Shown here: positions 49,035 through 52,540 of the stretch, piece by piece
How positions within the stretch are numbered: position 1 is the first letter of the stretch
Layout: each line of letters begins with the position of its first letter
Assembly (NCBI GenBank): GCA_003009755.1
Contig: PXUB01000002.1
Location: 10,943 to 63,482, forward strand
Direction of reading: 5' to 3'
Length of the DNA stretch: 52,540 nucleotides
Source of the DNA: Thermoplasmatales archaeon SW_10_69_26
GTDB taxonomy: Archaea; Thermoplasmatota; SW-10-69-26
The notes under the pieces: generated by a model
Seen by the model: the letters and a program-made list of their open reading frames with translations, nothing else
Database searches by the model: none
Told to the model about the DNA's origin: nothing
Made by a program: the position numbers and the translations under genes

Positions 49035-51077
49035 CTACGGAGACAGCGACGCGGACAGCAGATCGGCGATGCTAACGTCTCCGCATCCTCTGCCTTCCGA
49101 CGGACACGGTGTTGCCTCGCTCTGCGCGCCTTCCTGCCGGTCGACGTCACCATTGGATCCGTCGGCCGCGATGCACCCGGCCCCGTTGGACACGGTTCCC
49201 TGCCCCAGCGGTCCCGAGCCCCTGCAGGAATCCTTGCCGTGATCGTTCGAGGCGTTACCAGTCCCGCTCACGGCGACGCAGCCAGCCCCGAAGCTTGCTC
49301 CGCAGGAACCGTCGCCCGCCTCGTTGGAAGCGTTGCCCGTCCCGCTCACGGCCAGGCATCCCGCCCCGACGATCCCACAGGACGTGTCGCTCGCCTCGTT
49401 CGAGGCGTTGCCAGTTCCGCTCACGGCGATGCAGCCCGGTCCCCCCGCCCCGCAGGCGACATCTCCAGAGGCGCGGTTGGAGGCGTTGCCAGTCCCGCTC
49501 GCGGTCACGCAGGTGCGCTGGCCGTGGCACTCTTCTCCGCGTCCGTCGCCGGTCGCGCTGGCGGAGACCATCGTCCCGCAGCTGTCCTCTTCGATCGACG
49601 CGTCGACGCGCTCGCAACCGCGTTCATCGTTCCGCTGGTCGACCTCGATGCAGCCGACCCCGACGCGACCGCAGGAGGTCTCCCCCGCGTCGTTGGATGC
49701 GTTGCCGGTTCCGCTGGCGGCGACGCACCCGGCCCCTAAGAACCCGCACGATCGCTTGCCCGCATGGTTGGAGGCGTTGCCAGTCCCGCTAACGGCGATA
49801 CAGCTCACAGCGGCGAACCCGCAAGCCTGGTTACCGCCGCGGTTCGAGGCGTTGCCGGTCCCGCTCGCGGTCGCGCAGGTTCGCGTACCGTGACAGCGCT
49901 CGCCGCGTGCGTCGCCGGTCACGGTCGCACTGACCATCGTCCCGCAGCTGTCCTCGTCAACCCTGGCATCGACGCGCGGGCACTCGCCCTGACGAGGGGT
50001 AGAGTCGATAGCCAAGCAGCCTGCGCCCAAACGGCCGCAGGACTCGTCTCCGGCGCCGTTGGAGGCGTTTCCAGTGAGGCTGATAGAAATGCAGCCAACT
50101 CCGGAGACCCCGCACGCTTGGTCGCCGGCTCGATTGGAGGCGTTCTCCGTTCCGCTGACCGCGATGCAGCCAGCCACGGCAGCGAATCCGCAGCCACGGT
50201 CCTCGGCTCGGTTCGAGGCGTTGCCAGTCCCTGCGACCGCGATGCACCCGGCGACATCCCCGTGGCCGCAGGAAATGGAGCCAGCGCTGTTGGAGGCGTC
50301 TCCCGTTACGGTTGCTGCGACGCAGCCTGCGCCACCGAACCCGCAACCGCCATCCTCCGCGCGGTTGGCTGCATCGCCCGTGGCGCTGACGGCGAGGCAT
50401 CCGATTCCACCGTCGTAGCCGCATGCGTAGCTGCCAGCCTCGTTGGATGCGTTACCGCGGGGAGCAACGGCGACGCAGCCGACGGCTCCGTCCCCGCACG
50501 AGAAGTCCCCTGCCGAGTTGGAGGCGTTCCCAGTGCCGCTCACCGCGATGCAACCGATCGCGCCGTGCCCACAGGAGGCCGGTCCTCCCTGGTTCGATGC
50601 ATCGCCCGTCAAGGTCACCGCGAAACAACCGGCCCCGGGGAAGAATCCTGCGAGGATGACCGGGGGCGCTCCCCAACCGCAGGAGGCCTCCCCGGCTCGA
50701 TTGGAGGCGTTCCCTGTTCCGCTGATCGCGACGCATCCTGCTCCTGTGTCCGATCCGCAAGAGTTTCTCCCGGCATCGTTGGAGGCGTTCCCTGTACCGC
50801 TCACGGCTAGACATCCGGCACCGTTTCGACCGCAGGAGCTTTGGCCGGCCGAGTTGGAGGCGTTCCCCGTCCCGCTCGCGGTGATGCACGTGTCGGTTCC
50901 TCGGCACTCTGTTCCGTTCGCGTCGCCGGTGGTGCTGGCGCTCAGGGTCGACCCGCAGGTGTCCTCCTCGACCGAGACGTCGACGCTACCGCACTCCTCC
51001 GCCATCCCCCCGTCGACCACGGCGAGGAGGGACGCCGAAAGGAGGACGAGCAGGCCGATCTGCCTCGCCCAACGCAT
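49035..51077 (-). CDS. Secreted Cys-rich repeat protein (18 x ~25-aa SGTGNASN...CG..GC repeats)
   Basis: Signal peptide; 11+3+4 repeats, each block preceded by a ~40-aa 4-Cys module. Confidence 0.88.
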   Translation of the reverse strand: MRWARQIGLLVLLSASLLAVVDGGMAEECGSVDVSVEEDTCGSTLSASTTGDANGTECRGTDTCITASGTGNASNSAGQSSCGRNGAGCLAVSGTGNASNDAGRNSCGSDTGAGCVAISGTGNASNRAGEASCGWGAPPVILAGFFPGAGCFAVTLTGDASNQGGPASCGHGAIGCIAVSGTGNASNSAGDFSCGDGAVGCVAVAPRGNASNEAGSYACGYDGGIGCLAVSATGDAANRAEDGGCGFGGAGCVAATVTGDASNSAGSISCGHGDVAGCIAVAGTGNASNRAEDRGCGFAAVAGCIAVSGTENASNRAGDQACGVSGVGCISISLTGNASNGAGDESCGRLGAGCLAIDSTPRQGECPRVDARVDEDSCGTMVSATVTGDARGERCHGTRTCATASGTGNASNRGGNQACGFAAVSCIAVSGTGNASNHAGKRSCGFLGAGCVAASGTGNASNDAGETSCGRVGVGCIEVDQRNDERGCERVDASIEEDSCGTMVSASATGDGRGEECHGQRTCVTASGTGNASNRASGDVACGAGGPGCIAVSGTGNASNEASDTSCGIVGAGCLAVSGTGNASNEAGDGSCGASFGAGCVAVSGTGNASNDHGKDSCRGSGPLGQGTVSNGAGCIAADGSNGDVDRQEGAQSEATPCPSEGRGCGDVSIADLLSASLSP

Positions 51078-51374
51078 CTTGAGCCCCTCGGACCGGCTGG
51101 GCGGCGGTTAAGGGTTGGCGTGTGACGGACCGAGGTGCCCCCCCCCCGTTCTGTGGTGCTGGCGGGCAACCAACCACCCTTCGGCCTACTCGAAGCACGA
51201 ACCAACCTCCACGCACATGACGGTGATGTCCGGCCCGCCGGGCGCGACGGCTCGGGCGAACCCAGGACTCCAGGCAACCCGGTCTAAGCGGTCCACCACG
51301 GCCGCAATCGAACACGAAGCCCACCCAGGAACGCCGATGCCGCAAGCCCCCTACAGACGTCGATTACCCTCGCC

Positions 51375-52476
51375 TCATCGGGGGGAAGCGGTCATGAAGC
51401 CGACCCCCGGCGGGCCGTGAGGCTTGATCTTCAACCGCTTGTTCTCCGTCGTACTCGGATTCTGCCAGGAACACTCCTCGCCCTTCGTCCACACCGCGTA
51501 CACCGTGTTGCACATCTTCCCACGCGCACGCCCCAACGCGCTGCTGCGAAGCTTGCCACGCCCCCATCTGCCGCTGATACATCGCATTCACCAGGTTCCC
51601 ACCCTTCGTCTTCGTCGCCGCCGACTCCGCCGCGATCCCCACCGCCGCCTTCACCCGCTCGTTGCACCGCGACACCGGCCCCTCCTGCCGCGCCGGCCCA
51701 CCACTTTGCCGATTCCGCGGAGCTCCCCCCGCATACGAACGGAACTGATCGATCGTGTCGAACCTGTCCATCGACCCGACCTCATACCGAAGCACCGCGG
51801 CATTGTGGAGACCTACGCCGGGGATCGAGACCAGCCGGTCGACGATCGCATCCTCCACGATCAACCCGGCCACCATCGCATCCAGCTCCTCCACCGGCTC
51901 CAAGGCCTCGATCTGCGCCAAGTGCGCCTCCATCAACGACCGCGCCTTCGGATCCAGCTCCTGCTGCCGAAGCCACGCTCGACCCTTCTCCCCGTACAGA
52001 GCATCGGAACCGAACGGCGGATCAATCCCCTCCCGACGCAAATACGAACCCAAGCGCTGCTTGGCCTGCGTGCACTGCTCCACGACGTCTTTCCTCGCGC
52101 GAATCAACTCGCGGGCCTCCAACACCGACGGGTCCGGGATGTTGACCTCAGGGAACTTGTCGATCCGCACCAGATCCGCGATCTCGAAGGCGTCCTTGCC
52201 GTCGAACGTCTGATCGCACTGCCAGATCGTCTTCATCCGCTTCGAGTCGCCAAGACGGACCGTGTAGTCTCGTTCGACCAGGTAGTCCTGCACCGGGTAT
52301 GCGAGGGTGCCGACCTCGAGCCCGATCGGCGTCTGTTCGTCGACGAGTTCGGTCAGCTCGTCGTACCCGGGCTCCGTGTTCGGCAGCTGATCTTCGAGGG
52401 CGATGGTGCCCGTCGTGTCGACGACGCACAGGTCCAGGCGGTTGTTGCTGATGTCGATGCCGGCGTAGTGATCCAT
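51375..52476 (-). mobile_element. IS110-family transposase/recombinase, frameshifted near the C-terminus
   Basis: YAGID, LEVG and DGKDA of the DEDD domain; SIPGVG, YAG..P...QSG; C-terminus continues in ORF 51375-51587 (KMCNTVYAVW). Confidence 0.88.
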
Positions 52477-52540
52477 GCGGGTCTCCTCCAAGCAGGCCGG
52501 CGTGCGCGGCCCCGTGCGAATCGGGCCGCGCCTCAAGGAG

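Noticed and set aside
49240-50880. CRISPR-like periodic repeats (TTGGAGGCGTT...CCGCT about every 75 bp)
   Set aside because: The repeats vary at third codon positions and are the coding repeats of the Cys-rich protein; no cas genes in the window.

Overview
GC-rich chromosomal DNA from an archaeon with a strongly acidic (Asp/Glu-rich) proteome, consistent with a salt-in halophile; a halophilic Thermoplasmatota lineage is my unverified guess. Housekeeping genes include nucS, mpg, nth, an NDP-sugar pyrophosphorylase plus phosphohexomutase, M32 carboxypeptidase, coaBC-pok, uppS, rnj-idsA, pgk and metG. A loose cluster of lipid-linked glycosylation genes is also present (GT2-GtrA, two GT-C enzymes, PAP2). 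Accessory DNA has five parts. (1) A 4.55-kb element at tRNA-Gly(CCC), bounded by 97-bp direct repeats, carrying a frameshifted tyrosine integrase and a BamHI-family type II R-M system with an XRE-HTH fused to the methylase. (2) A degenerate IS110. (3) Structured intergenic elements: a CTAG-flanked MITE-like element containing a hammerhead-like core, and a two-copy structured repeat. (4) Several Cys-rich secreted proteins: a reelin-subrepeat-like protein, an 18-repeat Cys/NAS solenoid candidate and a 3-domain lipoprotein. (5) Several pseudogenes, including a trehalase-like/otsB pair. No CRISPR array or rRNA was seen. All family calls come from motif recognition by eye; no database searches were run.
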